A stretch of DNA of 64,000 bases. Source: Actinomycetota bacterium. GTDB lineage: Bacteria; Actinomycetota; JAICYB01. Numbering within the stretch: the first letter of the stretch is position 1; every line of letters starts with the position of its first letter. Below, in pieces: positions 1 through 9,939 of this stretch. The DNA lies in assembly GCA_040905525.1 (NCBI GenBank), contig JBBDRJ010000018.1, forward strand, positions 8,512 through 72,511. Direction: 5' to 3'. The position numbers and the translations under genes were made by a program. Below the pieces are notes generated by a model. The model saw only the letters and a program-made list of their open reading frames with translations. It did not search any database and was not told the origin of the DNA.

Positions 1-125
1 AAGAAAGCGTCGAGCAGCTCGACGTTGCGTTGTTCGCCGCCTGATGCGACCGTGCCGTCGTTGACGCAGCGGTTGCGTATGAGCTGCTGGATCAGCTCGA
101 CTACTTCCGACGGTGCTTCGTCCAT
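1..125 (-). CDS. M20/M25/M40-family metallohydrolase, N-terminal part (runs off window)
   Basis: Manual translation from ATG 125: MDEAPSEVVELIQQLIRNRCVNDGTVASGGEQRNVELLDAF, resembling actinobacterial M20 peptidase N-termini. Confidence 0.6.
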   Translation of the reverse strand, partial: MDEAPSEVVELIQQLIRNRCVNDGTVASGGEQRNVELLDAF

Positions 126-138
126 TCGCTTCCCCCCG

Positions 139-921
139 CTAAAGGTATGCCTGAACGTGTGAGAGCACGTCGGCGGCGTCCGGTCCTTCGCCTTCGAGGT
201 GGTTTCGCTCGCCGCGGCGGTCACGATGTGTCGCTACCCGGCACCAATCCGAGGCCGTTCCGCGGATCACCGTTGGTGCGTCGTCCGGGCCGATGCTCCA
301 CGCCTCCCCCGACCGTGATTTGAGCTCGAGCCGGACCGGGCCGGGCCCGGGAACCTGAGCCACCAAGAATGCGTAGGGCAGAGCACGCAAAGCGAGCTGG
401 GCCACGTGGCGGAGGCGATCGGTGTCGATCGGCTCGACGCCGGCGGCGTCGAAGCAATCGACACCGTGCGCCCACGTTTCCATCAGACGTGCGGCCACGA
501 AGGAGACCGTGCTCATCCGGTTGCCGCCCCACGGGAGCCTTCGGTCCGGATCGATCTTGGCCAGGGCTTCGCGCAACTCCGCGTTGGCCCGGCGCCACCA
601 GGCGTGCACCTCGCTCGGAGAAACGGTGCGTCCCCTGTCCACCAAACCCTTCTCGAAGGCCGCCGCGGCGTCGGCTCCCGCGACCACGGCGGCGAGTCCA
701 TCGTCCATCACCTTGGGATTGCGATCGAAGGCCACGCATTCCAGCGCGAGCTCGTCGCCGATGGCGAGGTGGGCGACGCTGTCGCGAACATCCCAGCCCT
801 CGGCCGGCGTTGGAGTGAGCCATCCGTCGTCGTCGAGCGTGGCGAGCAGACCGTCGAGCGCGGCCGATTCGTCGCCGAAGTCGCGCAAGACGATCGCGAG
901 GGACTCAGCGCGCCCGGCCAT
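139..921 (-). CDS. Maleylpyruvate isomerase (MDMPI/DinB superfamily) mycothiol-dependent enzyme
   Basis: TPTPAEGWDVRDSVAHL and ARLMETWAHG motifs; start moved to ATG 921. Confidence 0.85.
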   Translation of the reverse strand: MAGRAESLAIVLRDFGDESAALDGLLATLDDDGWLTPTPAEGWDVRDSVAHLAIGDELALECVAFDRNPKVMDDGLAAVVAGADAAAAFEKGLVDRGRTVSPSEVHAWWRRANAELREALAKIDPDRRLPWGGNRMSTVSFVAARLMETWAHGVDCFDAAGVEPIDTDRLRHVAQLALRALPYAFLVAQVPGPGPVRLELKSRSGEAWSIGPDDAPTVIRGTASDWCRVATHRDRRGERNHLEGEGPDAADVLSHVQAYL

Positions 922-934
922 CCGCCACCTTTCT

Positions 935-973
935 CTCGCTTCGGCAAGAAAGCTTCCTCGCTTCGGCAAGAAA
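935..973. repeat. 17-bp perfect direct repeat (CTCGCTTCGGCAAGAAA x2, period 22) in divergent promoter region
   Basis: Copies at 935-951 and 957-973. Confidence 0.8.
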
Positions 974-1052
974 ACGCCTCAGCGATGGCTTCCTCGCCTT
1001 GGATGTTAGGTTAGGTTTACCAGCCCAAGGCGTGGGGTGAGGAGCAGGCGTG

Positions 1053-1682
1053 ATGTCGAGAGCCGTAGCTGTAGCGCGCACGCGCGGTCCGGGAACCGAG
1101 GCGAAGTCCGCTCGGGGACGCAACCGCCGGGAGATGATCCTCGCCGCCGCCGCGAGCCTTTTCCGCCGCCAGGGCTTCCACGAGACCGGTATCGACGAGA
1201 TCGGCGCGGCGGTTGGGATCACCGGGCCCGGCGTCTACCGGCATTTCGAGAGCAAGCAGGACCTGCTCGCCGCGATCCTCGAGCGGAGCATGGAGCGTCA
1301 CCAGGAGATCGTCGCCGAAGTGGGAGCGGGCGCCCTGCCGCCGGCGGACGCGCTGCGAAGGCTCGTCGAGGTGTCCGCGCAGGCCATCGCCGACAACCGG
1401 GACGCCTCAGCCATCTACTTCCAGGATGCTCGCAGCCTTCCATCGGCTTCGGCTGCGCGCTTAACGAGGATTCAGCGGTCGTTGATCAGGGAATGGGTGC
1501 ACCTGCTGTGCGACGCGCGGCCCGAGCTGTCCGAAGAGGATGCACACGTCGCCGTTCGCGCCGCGGGCGGGATGTTGAACTCGGTTGCATACTTCGACAC
1601 GTCGATGCCGGCGCAGCGGTTGGGAAAGCTGTTGGCCGACATGACATACGCGGCTCTGCTGACTGATCCGAACGCGCGCTGA
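1053..1682 (+). CDS. TetR/AcrR-family regulator (KstR2-like C-terminal domain)
   Basis: ILAAAASLFRRQGFHETGIDEIGAAVGITGPGVYRHFESKQDLL HTH. Confidence 0.9.
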   Translation: MSRAVAVARTRGPGTEAKSARGRNRREMILAAAASLFRRQGFHETGIDEIGAAVGITGPGVYRHFESKQDLLAAILERSMERHQEIVAEVGAGALPPADALRRLVEVSAQAIADNRDASAIYFQDARSLPSASAARLTRIQRSLIREWVHLLCDARPELSEEDAHVAVRAAGGMLNSVAYFDTSMPAQRLGKLLADMTYAALLTDPNAR

Positions 1683-1701
1683 AGTCGCAGAAGGGGGACG
1701 A

Positions 1702-3294
1702 GTGCTAGAGCGCGACCTCGTATTGCCACATCTGCTCGCTAAGCGCGCGCGTGAAGAACCCGATCGCGTTTTCTTCCAGCAGGTAGACGGCCCAGAGCTC
1801 ACTTATAGGGAGCTCTTCGAAGGAATCCTGCTGTGGGCCGACGCTTTCCGTCGCCTGGGCGTTCAGCCGTTCGAGAACGTCGCCGTGATGATGCCGACCA
1901 ATGTCGAGGCCTACTACGCGTGGATGGGCCTGGCCTGGTTGCGCGCGGTGGAGGTCCCGATGAACACGATGTTCCGGGGCCGGATGCTCCAGTACATCGT
2001 CGACAACGCCGACGCGCGCGTCCTGGTGATCGGCCGGGAATTCGCCGACCGGCTCGCCGAAGTCGCCGCCGATCTGCCGAAGCTCGAGAAGGTCATCGTT
2101 CCCGACGCCGACCATGTGAAGCTCGATCTGCCGTTCGAGGTCGTTTCGCGTTCCGCCTTCCTCGGCGGAGCCACGCCTGCAACCGACCTCGACGGACCGG
2201 AGTACTACGACATCGCTAGCATCATCTACACGTCGGGTACGACGGGTCCGTCCAAAGGTGTGCTCGTGCCGTGGCCGGAGCTGTATTGGTTCGACGTGTA
2301 CGAGACGGGCGAGATGGGGGAGGACGCCGCCTCCTACATGTTCCTTCCGCCCTACCACGTGTCCGGGAAGCTGAGCCTGTATCTGACGGCAAAGCACAAC
2401 ATGCGTCTCGTGATGCGGGCGGGGTTCAGCCTCGGCGAGTTCTGGAACGACATCCGCAAATACGAGTGCACCAACGTCGGATTGCTCGGCCCCCTCGCGC
2501 GGTTGCTGATGCTGAACCCGGAAGCTTCCGACGATTCCGACAACCCGATCACGAGGGCCTCGTGCGGACCTCTGTTCCCCGAGGTCGACGACTTCAAGAA
2601 GAGGTTCGGCCTTGAGCTCGGAACGGGGTACGGCATGACGGAGATCGGTGCGGTCACCGCTACCGAGGGCACGAACATCGAGGACTGGCGCAGCTGCGGC
2701 AAGGCCCGGCCGGGCCGGCCCGGCTACAAGCTGCGGGTGGTCGACTCCCACGACGAGGAAGTGGGCCCGGGCGTTGTCGGCGAGCTCATCGTGCGGTGCG
2801 AGGAGCCGTGGTGCATGAACGTCGGTTACTACGGCATGCCGGAGAAGACGGCCGAGGCCTGGCGCAACGGGTGGTTCCACACGGGAGACGGCTTCAAGTA
2901 CGACGAGAAGGGTAACTTCTTCTTCGTCGACCGGCTGAAAGATGCGATCCGCCGCCGCGGCGAGAACATCTCTTCCTTCGAGGTCGAGGGGTATGTGAAC
3001 GACCATCCCGACGTCGCGGAGAGCGCGGCTATCGGCGTGCCGTCCGAGCTCGGTGAGGACGAGGTCAAGGTGTGCGTGGTGCGCAAGCCCGAGTCGGCGC
3101 TGACGGCCGAGGAATTGATCGAGTATCTGTTCCCGAAGATGCCGCGCTTCATGGTGCCGCGCTACGTCGAGTTCGTCGACGCCTTCCCGAAGACGGAAGC
3201 TACCTCGCGCACGCAGAAGGTGAAGCTGCGCGACAACGCCCTGAACGAGAGCACTTGGGACCGCGAGAAGGCCGGGATAAAACTGCCGAAGTAA
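1702..3294 (+). CDS. AMP-dependent acyl-CoA ligase (CaiC-like)
   Basis: YTSGTTGPSKG, GYGMTE, WFHTGD, RRRGENIS motifs. Confidence 0.92.
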   Translation: MLERDLVLPHLLAKRAREEPDRVFFQQVDGPELTYRELFEGILLWADAFRRLGVQPFENVAVMMPTNVEAYYAWMGLAWLRAVEVPMNTMFRGRMLQYIVDNADARVLVIGREFADRLAEVAADLPKLEKVIVPDADHVKLDLPFEVVSRSAFLGGATPATDLDGPEYYDIASIIYTSGTTGPSKGVLVPWPELYWFDVYETGEMGEDAASYMFLPPYHVSGKLSLYLTAKHNMRLVMRAGFSLGEFWNDIRKYECTNVGLLGPLARLLMLNPEASDDSDNPITRASCGPLFPEVDDFKKRFGLELGTGYGMTEIGAVTATEGTNIEDWRSCGKARPGRPGYKLRVVDSHDEEVGPGVVGELIVRCEEPWCMNVGYYGMPEKTAEAWRNGWFHTGDGFKYDEKGNFFFVDRLKDAIRRRGENISSFEVEGYVNDHPDVAESAAIGVPSELGEDEVKVCVVRKPESALTAEELIEYLFPKMPRFMVPRYVEFVDAFPKTEATSRTQKVKLRDNALNESTWDREKAGIKLPK

Positions 3295-3297
3295 TGC

Positions 3298-4437
3298 TTA
3301 CGCAGCGATCAGGCGCGCGACCAGCTCGCGGTGGTAGGCCGAGTCTCCCAGGAACAGCTCGTTGGACTTCGCGCGCTTGAAGTACAGATGCATGTCGTGC
3401 TCCCAGGTGAAACCGATCCCGCCGTGCACCTGGATCCCGATGGCCGACACTCGCGTGTAGGCCGATCCGCAGTACGCCTTGCCGACCGAAGCCGCCAGAG
3501 GCAGCTCGGCGTCGCCTGTCGATGCCGCCCAAGCGGCGTAGTACATCGCCGACCGGCTCATCTCGACGTCGACGAGCATGTCCGCGCATTTGTGCTTGAC
3601 GGCTTGGAACGAGCCGATCGGACGGCCGAACTGCATCCGCACCTTTGCGTAATCGACCGACATGTCCAGGACCTTCTGCGCGCCGCCGACGCATTCCGCG
3701 CACAGCAGGGCGATGGTCCGATGAAGGGCCCGCTCCAGCAACGGCCAGCCGCCATCCGGCTCGCCCATCACCGCGTCGGCTCCGACCGCCACATCGGCAA
3801 GAGTTATCTCGCACCAGCGACGAGTCGTGTCCATCGTCTTGTGCTGCGTCACAGATACTCCGGGCGCGCCGGCGTCGACCACGAAGAGCGTGACCCCGTG
3901 CGTGGGATCGTCGCTCCCGCTCGTGCGAGCGGCCACGACGATGGTGTCGGCCACATGCGCATCGGGTACGAAAGCCTTCGCGCCCGACAGCACGTACGAA
4001 TCTCCGTCGCGCCGGGCCGAGAGCTGGACGCCCGAGGCGTCGACACGACCGGAGGCTTCTGTGAACGCCACGGTCGCGAGTCTTTCACCGGCCGCGATGC
4101 CCGGCAGAAGCTCTTTGCGTTGGGCGTCCGTTCCGGCTTCGAGGAGGGCGGGCGCGGCAAGGCACACGGATGAGAAGAACGGTCCGGGTAAGACGGCGCG
4201 TCCCATCTCCTCGAGCAGCACGCCGAGGTCGACGTAGGTCATGCCCTGACCGCCGAAAGGCTCGGGGATCGCTATCCCCATCCATCCGAGCTCGGCCATC
4301 TTGCGATAGAAGTCCGGATCGTGGGCGGTGTCGCCGTCCATCATCGAGCGCACGAACGTCGGCGGACATTCCTTCTCGAGGAAGTCGCGCGCGTACTTCG
4401 CAAGCGTCTCTTGATCGTCGTTGAGTCCGAAGTCCAT
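3298..4437 (-). CDS. Acyl-CoA dehydrogenase (short, beta-subunit-like)
   Basis: RMQFGRPIGSFQAVKH, QVHGGIGFTWEHD motifs. Confidence 0.92.
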   Translation of the reverse strand: MDFGLNDDQETLAKYARDFLEKECPPTFVRSMMDGDTAHDPDFYRKMAELGWMGIAIPEPFGGQGMTYVDLGVLLEEMGRAVLPGPFFSSVCLAAPALLEAGTDAQRKELLPGIAAGERLATVAFTEASGRVDASGVQLSARRDGDSYVLSGAKAFVPDAHVADTIVVAARTSGSDDPTHGVTLFVVDAGAPGVSVTQHKTMDTTRRWCEITLADVAVGADAVMGEPDGGWPLLERALHRTIALLCAECVGGAQKVLDMSVDYAKVRMQFGRPIGSFQAVKHKCADMLVDVEMSRSAMYYAAWAASTGDAELPLAASVGKAYCGSAYTRVSAIGIQVHGGIGFTWEHDMHLYFKRAKSNELFLGDSAYHRELVARLIAA

Positions 4438-4445
4438 GTGGCTCC

Positions 4446-5435
4446 CTACAGTGGCAGAAGGTCGACTACTTCGGGCGGGAGTGGAAGGGGGATCGGCTCG
4501 ATCGGTATCGAACCGGGTGGGGGTACGGGCACGCCGGGCAGCGTCGGCAGCGTTCCCAGCGGGACGCGTACCGGTGATTGCCGGCCACCGATCACGTACG
4601 GGTACAGGAACGCCAGCCAGTCGTTCAGCCCGACGCGCGAGTGGTGGCCCTCACCGGCGTAAAGGTGGAATTGGCAGATGTTGAGCATCGCCTGTGCGAT
4701 GAGGCACAAGCTCTGCGGCAGCAAGAAGGGTATGGAGTCCTCGTCGCCGTGGTACATCGCCGTCGGCGGCTCCACGCCGGGATCGGGGTGCACGTCCAGG
4801 AACGGAGCGTTGGCCGTGCCCGTGCCGATAGCCGCGGTGACTCTGGAGGAGTACCCGGGGTTGCCGCTGTTACCCGGGTCGTCGGAGTTGTAGGCAACGG
4901 TCATCGACGTCGTCGCGCCGGCGGAGTGTCCGCCTAGCGCGATGCGGTCCGGGTCCAAGCGATACGTCGAGGCATGCGCGCGGACCCATCTGACTGCGGC
5001 CTGCACGTCGTGCTGAGCGTCGTGGATGGCCTTGAACCCGCCGAGCGCGGCGTTGAGGTCACCGGCCGGTACGTACCCGGCCCCCTGTGGAAGCGTGGGA
5101 TTCAGCCGGTAGTTCACCGAGATCGTCACCCAGCCGCGCTGGGTCATGTGGTCGGAGATGATCCCGATGCCGGACTTGTCGCCTTGCGTGAAGAAACCGC
5201 CGTGGGCCCAGATGAAGACGGCGCGCTCTTCTTCCTCGTCGCCGACGGGCTCGTACAGGTCGAGCTTCAGGTCCTGCGACTGGCCGAGGTAGTTAACCGA
5301 CTTGCCGTAGACGATGTCCTTGGTCGACTGGATCTGGCTGAAGATCGGATCGAGATAACGGACTTGGGCTCTGGCGGCGCCGGGCACGAGCAACGCAACC
5401 AAACCGACGAGGGCCGGCACAAGGAGTCGGCGCAT
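4446..5435 (-). CDS. Secreted alpha/beta-hydrolase (esterase/lipase)
   Basis: Signal peptide ending ARA; HGGFF oxyanion motif, GHSAG nucleophile, HGDED, EGH; Pro-rich tail. Confidence 0.85.
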   Translation of the reverse strand: MRRLLVPALVGLVALLVPGAARAQVRYLDPIFSQIQSTKDIVYGKSVNYLGQSQDLKLDLYEPVGDEEEERAVFIWAHGGFFTQGDKSGIGIISDHMTQRGWVTISVNYRLNPTLPQGAGYVPAGDLNAALGGFKAIHDAQHDVQAAVRWVRAHASTYRLDPDRIALGGHSAGATTSMTVAYNSDDPGNSGNPGYSSRVTAAIGTGTANAPFLDVHPDPGVEPPTAMYHGDEDSIPFLLPQSLCLIAQAMLNICQFHLYAGEGHHSRVGLNDWLAFLYPYVIGGRQSPVRVPLGTLPTLPGVPVPPPGSIPIEPIPLPLPPEVVDLLPL

Positions 5436-6493
5436 CAGAACGGCGGCGGGATACCGAGCGCATTCAGTGCGTAGCGCAAGAGCTGGAGCGTGTTGGCCGT
5501 GACCACATCGGGATCGGTCGTCGAGACCACACCCGCCGTGAAGCCGAGATCGGTGGGGCCGGGCTCGGCTCCCGTGAAGACCTTCACCGGGCTGCCGTCC
5601 AGGTCGGCCACGACGGGTGTGTAGGTCCGGGCTCCGCCTCCGATCACATGCCGGTAGAGGAAGTCCCGCGCGAGGTCGGTTCCCATCGTCTTGTGGTTCT
5701 CGGTGACGAACGTCACGTATTCGCAGTCGTTACCAACGGCCAGCGTGAGGACGCATGGGATCGGCGCCGTCGGATACGGGACCTGCTCGTCATTGGTCCC
5801 GTGGTAGATGGCTATCGGCGGATCGCCGGGCCTCGGCGCGTCGCCGAGCAGGACCGGCGCGTAGGTTCCGGCGTGGGAAACGGCGGCGGCGATCTCGGAC
5901 GACACCCCCGGCGTGCCGGTGCTGCCGGGATCCTCGTGGTTGAAGGCCACCATCTGAGAGATGATCGCTCCCGCGGAGATGCCGCCCATCGCGATCAGGT
6001 TCGGATCGATCCCCAGGTCATCCGCGTGGTCCCGGGCCCAGCGCACGGCGGCCTGCGCGTCGTGCTGCGCGTCCTTCGTTTCGTCGATGAATGCCGGAAG
6101 CGATGCGGGGTCGGTGACAGCTCCGATGGCCGCGTTACCGGGTAGCTCGGGCCGGAGGCGGTAGTCGATCGAGATGCCGACCCAGCCCCGCCGCACGTAA
6201 TCGTTCAATGGGCCGCTGCTCGACTTGTTACCCACACGGAAGTTACCGCCGTGCACCCAGATGTAGAGCCCGCGACCGGACGCGGTGTCACCGGCGGGCT
6301 GATAGACATCGAGCCCCAGCGGCTGGAGCTCGCCCTTCGAGTTCATCGCCTCGCCGTAGATGTCGGACGTCACGACAACGTCGTCGAACATGAGGTCGAC
6401 ATAACGGGTCGGTGCCTGTGCCGACACCCCCACCGGTGCGACCGCTGCGATCAGCGCTACGAGCGCCGCTATGCCAATGACCTTCGATCTCAT
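5435..6493 (-). CDS. Secreted alpha/beta-hydrolase, paralog of the adjacent gene
   Basis: Signal peptide ending VSA; HGGNF, GISAG, HGTND, ENH; shares DAQHDxQAAVRW with its neighbour. Confidence 0.85.
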   Translation of the reverse strand: MRSKVIGIAALVALIAAVAPVGVSAQAPTRYVDLMFDDVVVTSDIYGEAMNSKGELQPLGLDVYQPAGDTASGRGLYIWVHGGNFRVGNKSSSGPLNDYVRRGWVGISIDYRLRPELPGNAAIGAVTDPASLPAFIDETKDAQHDAQAAVRWARDHADDLGIDPNLIAMGGISAGAIISQMVAFNHEDPGSTGTPGVSSEIAAAVSHAGTYAPVLLGDAPRPGDPPIAIYHGTNDEQVPYPTAPIPCVLTLAVGNDCEYVTFVTENHKTMGTDLARDFLYRHVIGGGARTYTPVVADLDGSPVKVFTGAEPGPTDLGFTAGVVSTTDPDVVTANTLQLLRYALNALGIPPPF

Positions 6494-6523
6494 GCCCGCC
6501 CCCCTGTGCCCTGGTGGCCAATG

Positions 6524-6536
6524 TAATCCTGGATTA
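6524..6536. promoter_or_regulatory. Candidate operator palindrome TAATCC-T-GGATTA
   Basis: Perfect AT-rich inverted repeat in the divergent gap between hydrolase and thiolase operons; extends imperfectly to about 6518-6544. Confidence 0.45.
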
Positions 6537-6570
6537 ACATTTGGTCAACGCGATCATGGGGGACATAGAA

Positions 6571-7977
6571 ATGGTGGGGATCGTTTCTTACGGCGTTTAC
6601 CTTCCGTACTTCCGGCTCAAGCGCGAAGCCATCGGTGCGGCCCTGGGCTCCCCGGCGGGCCGAGGCACCAGGTCCGTGGCGTCCTACGACGAGGACGCGA
6701 CCACCATGGGCGTTGAGGCTGCGCGCGCGGCGTTGCGCCCGACCGACGTCGCGCCCTCGTGGCTTCTGTTCGCGACCTCGGCTCCCACCTATCTCGACAA
6801 GACCAACGCGAACGCGATCCATGCGGCTCTGGATCTCGATTCCTCCGCCGGCGCGTACGACATGGTTGGTTCGGTCCGGTCCGGCGTAGGAGCTTTGCGA
6901 TCTGCGCTGGCGACACATTCGTCGACGCTCGCCGTTCTTTCTGACGTCAGGACCGGGAACCCGGGCGGTGCCGACGAGCGCGACGGAGGCGACGGCGCCG
7001 TCGCGATCCTGTGCGGCCGCGAAGGAGTTATCGCCGAATACATCGGCGGCGCCTCGGCCACAGACGAGTTCCTCGAGCGCTGGCGGCGCCCCGGCGATGC
7101 GGCATCGCACGTGTGGGAGGAACGGTTCGGTGAGGACGTCTACGTCCCGCTCGCCGAGCAAGCGTGGAACGATGCTTTGAAGAACACCGGGCTCGTCGCC
7201 TCGGAGATCGACCACCTGGTACTCACCGGAACGCACCCGCGATCGATCCGCGCATTCGCGCGTTCGATGGGCGCGCGACCGGAGGCCTTCGTGGACGACC
7301 TTTCCGCGGTCGTCGGCAACACGGGGACCGCGCACCCGGGCCTGCTTCTGGCGACGGCGCTCGAGAAAGCCGAGCCCGGCCAGATCATCGCGGTCGTCGT
7401 GCTGGCCGACGGCGCCGAGGTCCTGTTCTTCAAGGCGACCGACGCGATAGCCGCCTACCGTCCGGCGAAGTCCGTGACCGAGCAGATCCCGACTACCAAC
7501 GACACCCTCGACTACCAGAAGTTCCTTTCCTGGCGCGGATTCCTGCGGCGTGAGCCGCCGCGGCGTCCCGACCCGGTGGCGCCGGAGGCTCCGCCTTCGC
7601 ACCGGCACAAGTCGTGGAAGTTCTCGTTCACCGGCAGCACGTGTGAGGCGTGCGGCAAACGTCACCTTCCACCGCAAGACGTGTGCGCCGGCTGCCGCGC
7701 CGTCCGGCAGATGCGGCCGGAGCGCATGGCGGACGTCGAAGCAACGATCGTCACATTCACCATCGACCGGCTTGCGTACAGCGAAAACCCACCGAACGTG
7801 GCTGCCGTTATCGACTTCGACGGCGGCGGACGCTACCGATGCGAGCTCACCGACGTTGACCCGAGCGAGGTCGCGATCGGCGGGCGCGTGGCGATGAGCT
7901 TCAGGAGGCTGTTCGAGAGCAATGGGATCGTGAACTACCACTGGAAGGCGAGACCGATGAGAACTGGGGGAGCGTAA
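6571..7977 (+). CDS. HMG-CoA-synthase/KAS-III-like domain fused to Zn-ribbon + OB-fold (DUF35)
   Basis: MVGIVSYGVYLP..DEDATTMG, GDGAVA, VGNTG; C-terminal CEAC..CAGC and OB-fold ending NYHWKARP; start at ATG 6571. Confidence 0.85.
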   Translation: MVGIVSYGVYLPYFRLKREAIGAALGSPAGRGTRSVASYDEDATTMGVEAARAALRPTDVAPSWLLFATSAPTYLDKTNANAIHAALDLDSSAGAYDMVGSVRSGVGALRSALATHSSTLAVLSDVRTGNPGGADERDGGDGAVAILCGREGVIAEYIGGASATDEFLERWRRPGDAASHVWEERFGEDVYVPLAEQAWNDALKNTGLVASEIDHLVLTGTHPRSIRAFARSMGARPEAFVDDLSAVVGNTGTAHPGLLLATALEKAEPGQIIAVVVLADGAEVLFFKATDAIAAYRPAKSVTEQIPTTNDTLDYQKFLSWRGFLRREPPRRPDPVAPEAPPSHRHKSWKFSFTGSTCEACGKRHLPPQDVCAGCRAVRQMRPERMADVEATIVTFTIDRLAYSENPPNVAAVIDFDGGGRYRCELTDVDPSEVAIGGRVAMSFRRLFESNGIVNYHWKARPMRTGGA

Positions 7978-9177
7978 ATGGGCTCACACGGGATCCGCGA
8001 CAGGGTTTGCATCGTCGGGATGGGATGCACGCCGTTCCGCGAGCACTGGGCCAAGGGTGTGGACGAGCTCCTCGTCGATTCCGTCACCGATACCGTTGCC
8101 GATGCCGGTGTAGCGCTGGACGACATCGACGCCTTCTGGCTCGGAACGATGGCTTCGGGTAACTCCGGCATCACGCTTTCCAAGCCGCTGAAGCTCGATT
8201 ACAAGCCGGTGTCCCGGCTGGAGAACTACTGCGCCACGGGGTCGGAGGCCTTCCGCAATGCGTGCTATGCGGTGGCGTCCGGCGCATACGACCTCGCGAT
8301 GGCGGTCGGCGTCGAAAAGCTCAAGGACAACGGGTTCTCCGGCCTGGCCGTCGGCGGGATCGGGGGCGACGGGACGCAGGCCAGCATCACGGCGCCGGCG
8401 CTGTTCTCGATGCTAGGCCCGGCCTACGCCAAGAAGTACGGGGTCGACGAACAGGAGTTCAAGGACGTCATCACGCGGATCGCGTGGAAGAACCACCGCA
8501 ACGGTGCGCTGAACCCGCGAGCGCAGTTCCGCAAAGAAGTCGACAAGGACGTCATCTCCAACTCGCCGCTCGTGGCGGGCGCGCTGGGGATCTTCGACTG
8601 CAGTGGTGTGTCGGACGGATCGGCGGCCGCGATCATCTGCCGGGCCGAGGATGCCCACAAGTACACCGACAACCCGCTGTACGTGAAGGCGCTGTCCTTC
8701 GTTGCCGGTCCGGCGAGCCAGCAGATGGATCAGGACTGGGACTACACATCCTTCGAGGAGGTCGTGCGTTCGGCCCGGGACGCCTACCAGCAAGCCGGGA
8801 TAAGTGATCCGCGTATGGAGCTGGCGATGGCCGAGGTGCACGACTGCTTCACGGTGACCGAGCTCGTCCTCATGGAGGACATGGGCTTCGCCGAGCGCGG
8901 CATGGGCTGGAAGGAAGTGCTGGCCGGTACCTTCGATCGCGACGGCGAGCTGCCCGTCAACCCCGACGGCGGGCTCAAGTCCTTCGGTCACCCCATCGGT
9001 GCTTCCGGTCTGAGGATGCTCTTCGAGTGCTGGCTCCAGCTGCGCGGGAATGCCGGCGACAGGCAGATCAAGTCGATCGATGCCGGTCGCAAGCTGGGGC
9101 TGACGCAGAATCTGGGCGGCGGCCCGGGCGAGTGCGTGTCTTTCGTCTCGGTCGTCGGGACGGAGCCCTCCGCGTGA
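7978..9177 (+). CDS. Thiolase (SCP-x-type acetyl-CoA acyltransferase)
   Basis: ENYCATG catalytic Cys, NHRNG, EVHDCF, GHPIGASG. Confidence 0.92.
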   Translation: MGSHGIRDRVCIVGMGCTPFREHWAKGVDELLVDSVTDTVADAGVALDDIDAFWLGTMASGNSGITLSKPLKLDYKPVSRLENYCATGSEAFRNACYAVASGAYDLAMAVGVEKLKDNGFSGLAVGGIGGDGTQASITAPALFSMLGPAYAKKYGVDEQEFKDVITRIAWKNHRNGALNPRAQFRKEVDKDVISNSPLVAGALGIFDCSGVSDGSAAAIICRAEDAHKYTDNPLYVKALSFVAGPASQQMDQDWDYTSFEEVVRSARDAYQQAGISDPRMELAMAEVHDCFTVTELVLMEDMGFAERGMGWKEVLAGTFDRDGELPVNPDGGLKSFGHPIGASGLRMLFECWLQLRGNAGDRQIKSIDAGRKLGLTQNLGGGPGECVSFVSVVGTEPSA

Positions 9178-9929
9178 GCGATCTAGTCCTTTACGAAGTT
9201 GCTGGGGGGGTCGCGACCATCACGCTGAACAGGCAGGACAAGCTCAACGCGATCAACTGGGAGATCATCGAAGGTGTTGATGAGGCATTTGTCCGCGCCG
9301 AAGCCGACGACGACGTCAAGGCTGTTGTGATAACGGGCACCGGCAAGGCCTTCAGCGTTGGAGACGATCTCGAGCAGGCGTGGTCGGGCGAGCGCTTCGA
9401 AGCATTGATGAAGCGCTTCAAGGAGCAGCCGGAAGAAGCGGAGTCCAACCGTCAGTTCGATTTCCCAAAACCAGTGATCGTCGCGGTGAACGGTTACTGC
9501 TTCGGCGGCGCGATCGAGTTCGTTCTGTGGGCCGACGTTCTCATCGCAGCCGACGACGCTCAATTCGCGACGCAGTTCGTCAAGTACGGATTGACGGGTG
9601 GAGCGGTGACGTTCTACCGGTTGCCAAGGCTCATCGGACACTCGAACGCTTCGTACATGCTCCTAACGGGTGAGCGCGTGGGAGCCGAGGAAGCGCTGCG
9701 AATGGGTCTGGTAACGAAAGTGGTACCGCGGACGGAGCTGGTCGCGGAGGCGCAGAAGATCGCCGGAACGATCGCCTCGTTCCCCGAGGAGGCGGTCCGC
9801 CATACGCGCGAGGCCATGCGCGTCAGCCTTCGGGCTACCCGTGAGGGGCAGCGTGACATCACGGTCTTCTCCAATCGGTTGCTCGCCTCGTTGTTCGAGC
9901 GCATGGGGGCCGGGAGCAAGTCCGGTTGA
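9174..9929 (+). CDS. Enoyl-CoA hydratase/isomerase
   Basis: ATITLNRQDKLNA, AFSVGDD, AVNGYCFGG; GTG start overlaps the thiolase stop (GTGA). Confidence 0.9.
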   Translation: MSDLVLYEVAGGVATITLNRQDKLNAINWEIIEGVDEAFVRAEADDDVKAVVITGTGKAFSVGDDLEQAWSGERFEALMKRFKEQPEEAESNRQFDFPKPVIVAVNGYCFGGAIEFVLWADVLIAADDAQFATQFVKYGLTGGAVTFYRLPRLIGHSNASYMLLTGERVGAEEALRMGLVTKVVPRTELVAEAQKIAGTIASFPEEAVRHTREAMRVSLRATREGQRDITVFSNRLLASLFERMGAGSKSG

Positions 9930-9939
9930 TGAAGTCCCG

